This document shows positions 52,306-64,000 of a stretch of 64,000 nt of DNA, one piece after another (position 1 is the first letter of the stretch; every line of letters begins with the position of its first letter). A program made the translations under genes and the position numbers. The notes under the pieces are model-generated. The model was given only the letters and a program-made list of their open reading frames with translations. It was not told the origin of the DNA and made no database searches. Source of the DNA: Octopus bimaculoides (lineage: Eukaryota). The stretch covers positions 4,235,456 through 4,299,455 of the forward strand of contig NC_068988.1 in NCBI RefSeq assembly GCF_001194135.2, read 5' to 3'.

Positions 52306-53324
52306 GATTGTTGTATGTATATATACATATAAGCAATGTTAATTCTCTAAATGAAGTATTAACAGTAACTGCACGATAAAGTGTAGTATATTACCACTTA
52401 AGTGTGGCTGACCCCTAGGGGTGGATGTTACTGTTGCTTTTAGCCCCAGGAGGACATCTCCTCCAGCTGGCTTATCGACACACGACTGTGTCCTGTTTGC
52501 CAAGGGAAGTTATCCCTCTCACCTCGATCTGCAGCACGAACGTATCCGGATTTCAGGGTTATTTCCCTTCGTCGGCGTCCGACAGCTGATGACCTTGGTG
52601 AGAGAGACAAAAACCTGGCAAACTTATATCTTCTTTTCCAGTGAAATTCTTCACTGATATTGAAAAGGTGAAAACAAGCAATGTTNNNNNNNNNNNNNNN
52701 NNNNNNNNNNNNNNNNNNNNNNNNNNNNNNNNNNNNNNNNNNNNNNNNNNNNNNNNNNNNNNNNNNNNNNNNNNNNNNNNNNNNNNNNNNNNNNNNNNNN
52801 NNNNNNNNNNNNNNNNNNNNNNNNNNNNNNNNNNNNNNNNNNNNNNNNNNNNNNNNNNNNNNNNNNNNNNNNNNNNNNNNNNNNNNNNNNNNNNNNNNNN
52901 NNNNNNNNNNNNNNNNNNNNNNNNNNNNNNNNNNNNNNNNNNNNNNNNNNNNNNNNNNNNNNNNNNNNNNNNNNNNNNNNNNNNNNNNNNNNNNNNNNNN
53001 NNNNNNNNNNNNNNNNNNNNNNNNNNNNNNNNNNNNNNNNNNNNNNNNNNNNNNNNNNNNNNNNNNNNNNNNNNNNNNNNNNNNNNNNNNNNNNNNNNNN
53101 NNNNNNNNNNNNNNNNNNNNNNNNNNNNNNNNNNNNNNNNNNNNNNNNNNNNNNNNNNNNNNNNNNNNNNNNNNNNNNNNNNNNNNNNNNNNNNNNNNNN
53201 NNNNNNNNNNNNNNNNNNNNNNNNNNNNNNNNNNNNNNNNNNNNNNNNNNNNNNNNNNNNNNNNNNNNNNNNNNNNNNNNNNNNNNNNNNNNNNNNNNNN
53301 NNNNNNNNNNNATATATATATATA

Positions 53325-53727
53325 TATAAAGATAAATTAAATATAGAGATATTCTATTGACAATCCAATAATATATGTATATACAATATTACATTGAATA
53401 CTATGAATATAATATATAACATAATATTATATAAATAATTATAAAAACCAGACATTAGAATTAATTTTTAGAATCCAGCCGTCCTTTCAAATGGAATTTC
53501 ATCTTTCTGAACCAAGGACCCTGAAATGACTATATATATAATGGAACTGTGAATATGTATATCAGAAAAAATATAAGTCGAAACAATTTGTTGGCCTTTT
53601 ATGGATTTTATAATTATTTATATAATATTATGTTATGTTATATTCATAGTATTTAATGTAATATTGTAATATAAATAAATTATTGGATTTTTCAATAGAA
53701 TATCTCTATATTTAATTTATCTTTATA
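53325..53727. repeat. AT-rich inverted repeat (MITE-like)
   Basis: 53325-53445 is approximately the reverse complement of 53606-53727. Confidence 0.75.
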
Positions 53728-53829
53728 ATTGAATTATACCAATATTTATCTGGTATCCAACTGAAGTGCCAGTGAACTGGATGTTTAACACACCCCTTTG
53801 AAGGATTTCTTTTCTTCAGTTTGTTACCT

Positions 53830-53892
<63 letters not shown>

Positions 53893-53904
53893 ATATGTTT
53901 GTGT

Positions 53905-54100
53905 GCCTGTATCTATGCTCCCACCATCACTTGACAACCAATGTTGGTGTGTTTATATCCCCATTATCTAGCAGTTTGGCAAAAGAGACAGATAGAATAA
54001 GTACTAGGCTTACAAAGAATAAGTCTTGGGGTTGATTCGTTCAACTAAAAGTGGCACTCCTGCATGGCCACAATCAAATGAGTGAAACAAGTAAAAGAAT
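53905..54100 (+). mobile_element. SINE family C copy
   Basis: gatagaataagtactaggcttacaaagaataagtcttggggttgattcgttcaactaaa. Confidence 0.85.
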
Positions 54101-54789
54101 TTAAATCTTTACGAAAATGGGGAAGTCTATTGCTTGACACGTGACAGCTCAATGGTTGCAGCAATATCTCAGGGTGATACAACCAGTAACTGTTGTCGTG
54201 ATTCATTTAAACTGTAGATGTAATAACAAGGATTAGTGGTTCTAATGATGCAGCTCAGCTCAATGTCGGGTCTATTGAAACAGCCAAGAGGTGGTTGTCA
54301 TGAGAACACAACTTATTCTTGGTTGTAATACAACAAATGTGGAGTTGAAATGAGACTTCAATGATGGCTGTAATATCACAATACAATGTTAATTACAAAC
54401 TTGATAAAGTTTTATGTGAAGTTATTCTTTTTTATATTCCCTAGGAATTTCCGGCTTTCCAATTTTCTAGTCTTTAATCTCTGTAACATCTCCTGGTTCT
54501 CTGGTACAACTCCTCTGTTGTTTTCCCTTGCAGCTCCTTCAAGCCATTCATCAATGGATTCCTATGCATCGATCCAGCCATTAACTAACAATTCTCATAG
54601 ATTTATTTTGATTTTTCTCATATATTTTTTTGAAATAATTTCATTTCAGTTCAATTTATTTTAGAGATCTTTTATCTCCACATTTCTGTTTAAATGGACG
54701 TTTTGAGCTGTAGACATTTCTTTTTGAACATCTTTCAGGAGTTGGATATTTATATTTGAGAATGTCTGTGAGTGCATGTGTGATGTCTG

Positions 54790-54956
54790 CAGTGTGTGTG
54801 TATGTGTGTGTGTGTGTGTGTCTGTGTGTGTGTGTTTGTGTGTGTGTGTGTTTGTGTATGTGTGTATTTGTGTGTGTGTGTGTGTGTGTTTGTATGTGTG
54901 TGTTTGTGTGTGTGTGTATTTGTGTATGTGTATTTGTGTGCGTGTGTGTGCGTGCG

Positions 54957-55015
<59 letters not shown>
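54790..55015. repeat. Imperfect (GT)n plus (AT)n block
   Basis: Direct reading. Confidence 0.9.
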
Positions 55016-56192
55016 GGCAGTGGTTGGTCATATAATGTATGTTGACACATTTATCCATTTCTTTTGGCTCGTATTATAAATAAGTTGTTTAGAGTAACTG
55101 TTCCTATTCAGCCTGAAAGATGTAATTTTTGCTTGAAACCTACCCACAAAACCAAATCCATTTGATACTGAGATTATAGGAGAAACTTGCTACATATGTT
55201 TTGGGAAGAAAAAGATTAAGAAATAATGTTCTTCTGGAATAGATCCTGGTACCAACTTTCTTCAATCTTTTATCAGTGACATGTCTGCAACAAGCTCCTT
55301 TAAATTTAGATACACAAATGATGTAACCATAAATTAAACATCCAGTTTATAAAGGTTTTCTGGTGCTATTTAGAACATTGATGACATCTATTCCATCCCA
55401 ACAACAATTATGCAAATCAAAACTCAGACAAATACCACAAATACCTCGGAGAATTACATTTGGTAGACGATGATAAAAGGGAGGCATCAGGCTTTGCAAA
55501 ATGTTGTTTACAAATTCATTCTATCTTATCTAGAAATAANNNNNNNNNNTATATATATATATATATATATATGTAAATAATATATTTGTATGTATATACA
55601 CACGAACACACATTATATTCAGTAATGTTACTTATAACCATGTGCGTTTGTATCTCTATAATATAGAAACATCACATGATATGTTTAATTCATTAACAAT
55701 TCTATTTACATATTTTCTGCAAACACCTGCAATATTACTTTCCGTTTTATCAATGGGAGCTACATTAACATATTTCTGATGTAACACCTTTAAATAGAAT
55801 ATTACAGTAAAGCCATTCAAAAACACCCACATCTATATACATATTTATCATATTTATTATACACTGAAACACATACAAATATATATATATATATATATGA
55901 TGATAGCAATAATAATGGGACCCTGAGGAGATGGAGTATCCTATATTTTATAATATTTTATAATATTTTATGATATGTATTAATCATTCTGGATGTTCTA
56001 TCGAAATGTACATAGGTCTATTTATTTGTTATTATTATTGTTATTGTTGTTGCAAAATAGTATTTTCAACGGATCAATTTTGAGCTCTATTTAAAGTTGA
56101 TATATATTCAAAAACTCAACTGTGAGTTTTTTGCTAAGATTGTTAACAGATACTATATTTTTTAATAAATTTTTTGGTTAAAAAAATATATA

Positions 56193-56196
<4 letters not shown>

Positions 56197-56273
<77 letters not shown>
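56197..56273. repeat. (TA)n microsatellite
   Basis: Direct reading. Confidence 0.95.
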
Positions 56274-56281
<8 letters not shown>

Positions 56282-57206
56282 AACATATCTACATATATAT
56301 ATAAATATATACACACATACACACACACACACATATATATATGTACATAATACATACATATGTATATACATATGTATGTATGAATATGTATGTGCGTAGA
56401 AAGAGATAAGCACTTCATAGATGCTACGATAAGAAAATCTTTGTATACTCTCCTAGCAGTACATTTAGTGGTGCACTAATATATATGTACATAATCAACA
56501 TTTATACTTTAGAAGTGCACAACTATGTAGGTATATGTATACATACATGTATGTACGAGAGAGTAAGTACATGTATGCATGTATCTACTAGTGTTTAAGT
56601 ATGTATATGCATCTGAAGGTGTATATACATGTCTGGATATATGTGAGCAATGGTATTAGTGTATGTTTTNNNNNNNNNNNNNNNNNNNNNNNNNNNNNNN
56701 NNNNNNNNNNNNNNNNNNNNNNNNNNNNNNNNNNNNNNNNNNNNNNNNNNNNNNNNNNNNNNNNNNNNNNNNNNNNNNNNNNNNNNNNNNNNNNNNNNNN
56801 NNNNNNNNNNNNNNNNNNNNNNNNNNNNNNNNNNNNNNNNNNNNNNNNNNNNNNNNNNNNNNNNNNNNNNNNNNNNNNNNNNNNNNNNNNNNNNNNNNNN
56901 NNNNNNNNNNNNNNNNNNNNNNNNNNNNNNNNNNNNNNNNNNNNNNNNNNNNNNNNNNNNNNNNNNNNNNNNNNNNNNNNNNNNNNNNNNNNNNNNNNNN
57001 NNNNNNNNNNNNNNNNNNNNNNNNNNNNNNNNNNNNNNNNNNNNNNNNNNNNNNNNNNNNNNNNNNNNNNNNNNNNNNNNNNNNNNNNNNNNNNNNNNNN
57101 NNNNNNNNNNNNNNNNNNNNNNNNNNNNNNNNNNNNNNNNNNNNNNNNNNNNNNNNNNNNNNNNNNNNNNNNNNNNNNNNNNNNNNNNNNNNNNNNNNNN
57201 NNNNNN

Positions 57207-57243
<37 letters not shown>

Positions 57244-58123
57244 CACATATCTAATTCAATAAGATTCCAGTCAAAACCTTGTGGTATGCTATGCAAAGCA
57301 AATCCACAGTTATTGGCTACCTGATGTTATCATACAGTGCTCCTGTTACTGGATATACATAAGGAATTCCATAGCATTCATAGAGTTTATATAAATAGAT
57401 AAATACTAGAAAATGGAATGAACAACATTCTTCATTTAAAATCACTACAATTGTTTCGATACATTTTTATACTCATAGTACCTTGGTAAGACATTGTGTA
57501 GATATTGTCATGAATCCAAGGAGTAAAATGTGCCCCTTTAATTGATCACTTGAATCTTTCATCAGATCCTACTGTCATTTCACTCAGTGTGAGGATGCAT
57601 ATCCAAAGCAGTGTGTTATTTTCAGCAGTTTGGAGTCAACAAGGTGTATGGTTGGAGAGTTATTTTTTAATCACTACAATTGTTTCCACCCAATGTGTTT
57701 CTCCAAAAATACAGGTATTTGATTATGCAACTGTTTGTTTGCATAATGCAATCTAGTTGTGTTTCCTCAGGTGATATTCAAGTGTTGTCTCCCTCGACCA
57801 GATCGCAGCCTACCACCAAACACAAGTTGGATATACGTTAAGTATATGTGGTTCATAAACAGTTACACTAGCACTGCTTGTATTTCATATTTGAATGTGT
57901 GTGTGTGTGTGTGTACATATAAGGGACTTCTTTAAATCAGAAGACTTTCCCCATATAAGGTGTATAGTAGAAAACACCTGGTGGAGGTGCTACATGGTGG
58001 GACTGAACCCAGAGCCATGTGGCTGAGAAGGTAACTACTTACCACTCTTGCACCAATATATGTATATATATGTGGAAGTAGGAGGGAAAGGGGTGAAAGA
58101 AACAATGCATGAAATTATGCTTT

Positions 58124-58178
<55 letters not shown>

Positions 58179-58643
58179 ATATGTGTATTCGTGTCTGTTC
58201 ACTATGATATTTGTATGCAATGCTTTGTGTTACTGGACATAATGGGAAACTATGTTTTGTTATCACAGTTTTATCACATAATTACTAAGTTTGATAAAAT
58301 CTTAAACAGCATTCCTTATCTAATATCACATTATAGCACAAAAGAGAATCATAAATGTTCTTTTATTAGAAATTTCAAATCAGATGAAAAATATTATCAT
58401 ACACTATAATGTTCCTGAAGTTGTTCTTGTTGTTGTAGTTTGTTTTTATTATTGTTATAGATTTTTTTTTTGCTTTTTATTATTATATTAAATTGTGAAA
58501 TATTTCAATATTGCCAGTTATTGTGCTCAAAACAAAATCCTGGAATCTAATCTTCATAATTAATTCAAAAAAATTTGTCATAATTGATCATATTCAAATC
58601 ATTTCATAGGGTCTTTTGCTTTTTGCTTCCATTTTCTTTCTCA

Positions 58644-58683
58644 AAGGCCTGTTGGTAGCCATGTCAGCTGCAGATTGGACATC
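58644..58683 (+). other. Candidate 40-nt exon (xLLVAMSAADWTS[R/S])
   Basis: Long polypyrimidine tract ending tctcaaag; donor AG|gtaaat. Confidence 0.3.
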
Positions 58684-60963
58684 TAGGTAAATGGTTAACA
58701 CTTCATGTTCTGTAAGTGACGCTGAACTCTCTCCATGGCCAACGTAATTAACTCTCAATGACCATGCACAGAGAAGCATAATTTACCATTCTAAGTAGCA
58801 GCACCAATTTCAACCTCTGCTATGAAAGTGTCTACAAAATAATAGATTCCACTGATCTCACTTGAAAGTCAATAAGTCTTATCAGCTATTGATGGACAAT
58901 TTTGATAAGGAAAATTCAAGTTATTGATTAAATCATCTGACAATAGATAGATTATCAACAAGAGAACAGAGAGTAAATTTCAAAGTTTGGCAGTTCTTCT
59001 GCTCTTACCAACGATGTATTGTGTCCATCAATTGATATTTTAGCATGTCTAGCTGACACTAGAAACCACAGGATACTATAAGCAGGAGGAGCAATATAAA
59101 TCTGGCTAGTGTTGCATCCACTTGTAGTTCTGAGATCAAGTCCTCTAGTGGACAGGGCTCTGAAAGTATGGGACTAATGAGGCTTCAAGCTTTTATAAGA
59201 TAAAAGACAAATATTTACCCCAAATAAGATCCTGGTTTATTTCAGATGAAATTCTCAGATGATCTGAGATCTGCTCCCTCAGTTGACTTGCTAGAAATAA
59301 TTGTTGAATATCCCTCCAATCCCGTCCCACTGTTGAGCACACATTAATTAATTTAACCCTTTGGCAAAAAGACAAGATGGTCATGGCTGGTATGTCTGTG
59401 GTCATAAGCCTGTTTATTAGGGGCCAACTAAATAAAAGCAGTAACTTCCCTGGAAAATGATGAACATGTAGATAATATCTAAAGTGATGACCTTCTTAAC
59501 ACAATGGGCTGTAAATCTCACACCCTTATTGTTCATTAGAGGAGTTATGTTGGCCAGTAAGGCATATTTGACAACATCATGAAGTTTTATATGGAGAACA
59601 ACTATTCAACCACATCTTTCATCTCTTTCATGTTCATATATCAATATAAGTATACTGCTCTCTCATCTCTCTCTCTCTCTCTCTCTCTTTCTTTCTCTCT
59701 CATCTCTCTCTCTCTCTTTCTCTCCTCCCTCTACCAACTGCACCATTGTTATCCTGTCACTCCACTATATACCCATGTTTCATGCATTCATCACTTTCCC
59801 TCCCCCTCTCCCCATTTTGTACCTTTGTGAAATCCTTACTCACACACCCCAAGCAATCCTCTACCATTCCATTTATATTCACATCTTTGTACCATGAGAG
59901 CTTACCCTGGCACATCACAATCAACTCTCTCCCTCCCTCCCTCCCTCCCTCTCTCTCTCTCTCTTTCTCACTACCTCTTAATATTTTTCTCTCTCTCCCT
60001 CTCTATTCAGGTAACCTTCTTCTGTCTNNNNNNNNNNNNNNNNNNNNNNNNNNNNNNNNNNNNNNNNNNNNNNNNNNNNNNNNNNNNNNNNNNNNNNNNN
60101 NNNNNNNNNNNNNNNNNNNNNNNNNNNNNNNNNNNNNNNNNNNNNNNNNNNNNNNNNNNNNNNNNNNNNNNNNNNNNNNNNNNNNNNNNNNNNNNNNNNN
60201 NNNNNNNNNNNNNNNNNNNNNNNNNNNNNNNNNNNNNNNNNNNNNNNNNNNNNNNNNNNNNNNNNNNNNNNNNNNNNNNNNNNNNNNNNNNNNNNNNNNN
60301 NNNNNNNNNNNNNNNNNNNNNNNNNNNNNNNNNNNNNNNNNNNNNNNNNNNNNNNNNNNNNNNNNNNNNNNNNNNNNNNNNNNNNNNNNNNNNNNNNNNN
60401 NNNNNNNNNNNNNNNNNNNNNNNNNNNNNNNNNNNNNNNNNNNNNNNNNNNNNNNNNNNNNNNNNNNNNNNNNNNNNNNNNNNNNNNNNNNNNNNNNNNN
60501 NNNNNNNNNNNNNNNNNNNNNNNNNNNNNNNNNNNNNNNNNNNNNNNNNNNNNNNNNNNNNNNNNNNNNNNNNNNNNNNNNNNNNNNNNNNNNNNNNNNN
60601 NNNNNNNNNNNNNNNNNNNNNNNNNNNNNNNNNNNNNNNNNNNNNNNNNNNNNNNNNNNNNNNNNNNNNNNNNNNNNNNNNNNNNNNNNNNNNNNNNNNN
60701 NNNNNNNNNNNNNNNNNNNNNNNNNNNNNNNNNNNNNNNNNNNNNNNNNNNNNNNNNNNNNNNNNNNNNNNNNNNNNNNNNNNNNNNNNNNNNNNNNNNN
60801 NNNNNNNNNNNNNNNNNNNNNNNNNNNNNNNNNNNNNNNNNNNNNNNNNNNNNNNNNNNNNNNNNNNNNNNNNNNNNNNNNNNNNNNNNNNNNNNNNNNN
60901 NNNNNNNNNNNNNNNNNNNNNNNNNNNNNNNNNNNNNNNNNNNNNNNNNNNNNNNNNNNNNNN

Positions 60964-61038
<75 letters not shown>
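60964..61038. repeat. (TA)n then (GATA)n microsatellite
   Basis: Direct reading. Confidence 0.95.
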
Positions 61039-61039
<1 letters not shown>

Positions 61040-62039
61040 TGTTATGTGGTGTACAGAAATTAAATATTGAGAAAAAGGTCATCTGAATTTTGGAGAAACA
61101 TTTTTTTATTTCTTCATTATTATTAGTACTTAGGTTCGTTTCTCAAACTTGTCAAATAGAATTTTTAACTTTCATTTTAGTAATTTGGAATTTTCTGATA
61201 AGGTTTTGATTGAGATCACTTTAAAACAGAAAGTTTGTATCCTAGAACTAGGGTGATCTCAAGTGGTTTGGTCTGAAAGGGGTTAAACCATCTAGCAACC
61301 AGGTGGTTTTCAAAATAACCGTAAAATATAATATAAGCTATATATTGCTTATACAGATGATTATGGAAATCAGAAGTGAAATAGTGGGGACCAGCACTGA
61401 ACAGAAATGATTTAGCTACAACAAAGATGACTGATTGAATTTCTAATCTGACTTTATAGTGATCAACAACGATAAAGATTATCACAAGAATCTTTGTTGC
61501 TTTATCAAGAATCAAATAAATTATATAGCTTAAATTTAAAACAGATAGCTTCATAAATCAGTAAATATCTCTATCCTAACTTTGTCTTTCATGGGTACAT
61601 TGTTGATATGATCCAAACTAACTCAATTAAATTCTACCAACCTTCTAGATCATTCCACAGAATTAAAATGAACTGACAGTTAATAGCAAGAAATTAGCAC
61701 TAGCATGAGTCCATTTAGAGTAAATGGTTCTGCAAACACCTCATAAACTGGATTCCATTTAATTTCATTCCAGTATATATCAACTTACTATTTCTCATTC
61801 AGTAAGTAATATCAGGGAAACCATGAAATTATTCTCATTTCTATTCTAAAATGCATTTGTCAACAGTTTAATTCCCCTCCTCAAGTTAGCTGGCATCCTT
61901 CTAACACCTACCACCACCATCATCACACACATACACCCCACCCACATACCCCCATTCACATACTCATGCACATTTACATATGTATTTTATAGGTATTCAT
62001 ACATAAACACATTACATCTTTTGCTTTCTATATACATAT

Positions 62040-62195
62040 CATCATCATCATCGTCGTCTTTTAATGTTCGCTTTCATGCTAGCATGGATTGGACGATTTG
62101 ACTGAGGACTGGTGAACCAGAGGGCTACACCAAGCTCCAATCTGATCTGGCAGAGTTTCTACAGCTGGATGCCCTTCCTAACGCCAACCACTCAG
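62040..62195 (-). mobile_element. SINE family B copy
   Basis: Reverse complement of 39040-39200. Confidence 0.85.
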
Positions 62196-63008
62196 AGAGT
62201 GTATATATATTTGAAAAAAAAAAAAAGAATGAATTCACTGGAAGTTCTAATCAGTCTAATTTATCATTTAAAAATTTTTTTAATAAAATAAATTTTAGTT
62301 TAAAGATCTAAGAACTAAAATTTACATTATTAAAAAATTAAGGAATAATAAATTAGACTGATTAGAACTACCAGCGAAGATATTCTTATTCTTTTTCTAA
62401 ATATACCCATTTGTACCAAGCATCTCACACACACACACACACATCATCATCATCATCATCATCATCAGTAAATCATAAATTGGAAAAAGAAGCACACTCT
62501 AAGTTTGTGTGTGTGTGTGTGTATCAATGTAAGCTGCTAGCCCCAACACAAAGCCATACATGAAAAATGTCATTACTGTGACTGTGGGTGCTAAAAGTAC
62601 AGTTATTGCTAGAAATAAGAGTTAAAACTCTTATAGCTGTTTGAAAAGCATATATATACATACTAGCAGGGTAGATAACTGTCCCATGAGCAAAGCTAGG
62701 ACACTGGACATAGTATATACATATGTATATACTTCCATACTTTATCATTCTTACTTACTTTACTCACTGGACTGCAACCAAGCTTTGGTACCCATTCAAG
62801 ACACTGTTGTTCTGTTTATACTCCATCTTAAATAAAATACGAGGCTGAAGTGGCTGGAACGTCTTCGATCATGGGTCCATGGTCAGTGATGGCTGGGGTG
62901 AAACAACAACTTGAAACATACAACATGAAATAAATGTTGAGGAAGGGGATGCTCTTCAATACACACATGTATGCTTGTGCCACAATACTCAGAGTATACA
63001 GTGTGTAA

Positions 63009-63392
63009 GAAGGCACAATGGCCCAGTGGTTAGGGCAGCGGTCTCGCGGACATAGGATCGTGGTTTCAATTCCCAGACCGGGCGTTGTGAGTGTTTATTG
63101 AGCAAAAACACCTAAAGCTCTACGAGGCTCCGGCAGGGGATGGTGGCGAACCCTGCTGTACTCTTCCACCACAACTTTCTCTCACTCTTTCTTCCCGTTT
63201 CTGTTGTACCTGTAATTCAAAAGGGTCAGCTTTGTCACACTGTGTCACACTGAATATCTCCAAGAACTACGTTAAGGGTACACATGTCTGTGGAGTGCTC
63301 AGCCACTTGCACGTTGATTTCACGAGCAGGCTGTTCCATTGATCGGATCAACTGGAACCCTCGACGTCGTAAACGACGGAGTGCCAACAACA
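63009..63392 (+). mobile_element. Full-length, CpG-rich tRNA-derived SINE (family E) with 11-bp TSD
   Basis: A box TGGCCCAGTGG (63019-63029), B-box-like ggtttcaattcc, (CAA)n tail; ACAGTGTGTAA at 62998-63008 and 63393-63403. Confidence 0.88.
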
Positions 63393-64000
63393 ACAGTGTG
63401 TAAAGTGGTTAGCAGCTGGAAGGGCATCCAGCTATTCAATGGTTCCCTGTTTTCTCTCAGCACATAACCTATTTGACATAAGATAGCAATCATCACACAC
63501 CCCACAATTCTGTATTTTACTAATGCCAGGACAGACAATATTTCTCATCACATTCTCAGGGGTGTGGAAGAGAATCATACTGGGAAGAGAGGTAGGGGTC
63601 TCTTTAGCGTTCTTGAGACAAGTTATGTTGGGTAATACCAGGGAAGGAATGGAAAACATTTAGTCCTGGCTGAGCAAGACAATCTCTCATTCAGATTCAT
63701 GGATAAAAGACATTCAGTAAACTCTGTGAAGTGGTTAGTGTTAGGAAGAGCATCCAACCAGGAAGACCATGTCTGAAAATGGAATCTACAAGCACAACAT
63801 GATCTTTCAGTCATCAAGGAAGGTAGCAACAGGAAAAAGAACTTATTTCAATTGTCTCACAACACACCAAACTATGCCAGATTGGTAAAGAAGGCACATA
63901 ATGATGATGGTGGTGGTGGCAGTGGCGGCAGTGGTGGTGGTGGTCTTGAAGATAATGAGGGTTGTAATGGTGATGGTAGTGGTGTAGAAATGATGAAGAT

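Noticed and set aside
52585-52620. CTGATGA heptamer (also 22343, 11944)
   Set aside because: Not followed by a pairable stem II and GAAA.
5601-58409. Many poly-I, poly-N, HT, CV and YI ORFs
   Set aside because: They are translations of (AAT)n, (CA)n and (TA)n microsatellites.
49793-61082. Long ORFs of 180-415 aa (also 11044-11763)
   Set aside because: They are open only because they span N gaps (49866-50550, 52686-53311, 56670-57206, 60028-60963, 11451-11661).
1-64000. CRISPR array, rRNA or prokaryotic operon
   Set aside because: No regularly spaced repeat-spacer structure or rRNA-like sequence; composition and repeats are eukaryotic.

Overview
AT-rich eukaryotic draft-assembly DNA with nine N gaps. 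It looks intronic or intergenic. The SINE families and microsatellite load resemble what I recall of Octopus (coleoid cephalopod) genomes; this is recognition, not a database result. No protein-coding gene can be identified with confidence, and most listed ORFs are microsatellite or N-gap artefacts. What the sequence supports is a mobile-element landscape: RTE-like LINE fragments, two hAT transposase fossils, a possible Harbinger relic, an R4/Dong-like restriction-endonuclease fragment inside (AAT)n, a head-to-head inverted Penelope-like (GIY-YIG) insertion, and many tRNA-derived SINEs. The most notable element is a ~480-bp palindrome at 29235-29712: two back-to-back tRNA-like Pol III heads, each followed by (AAT)n and a minimal hammerhead ribozyme, inserted as one unit with a 13-bp target-site duplication (TSD). 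A centre-deleted second copy lies at 25398-25712. The Penelope insertion has the same tails-outward architecture with hammerhead-like motifs, suggesting a Penelope-driven ribozyme-SINE system (inference). Several long inverted repeats could form dsRNA if transcribed.
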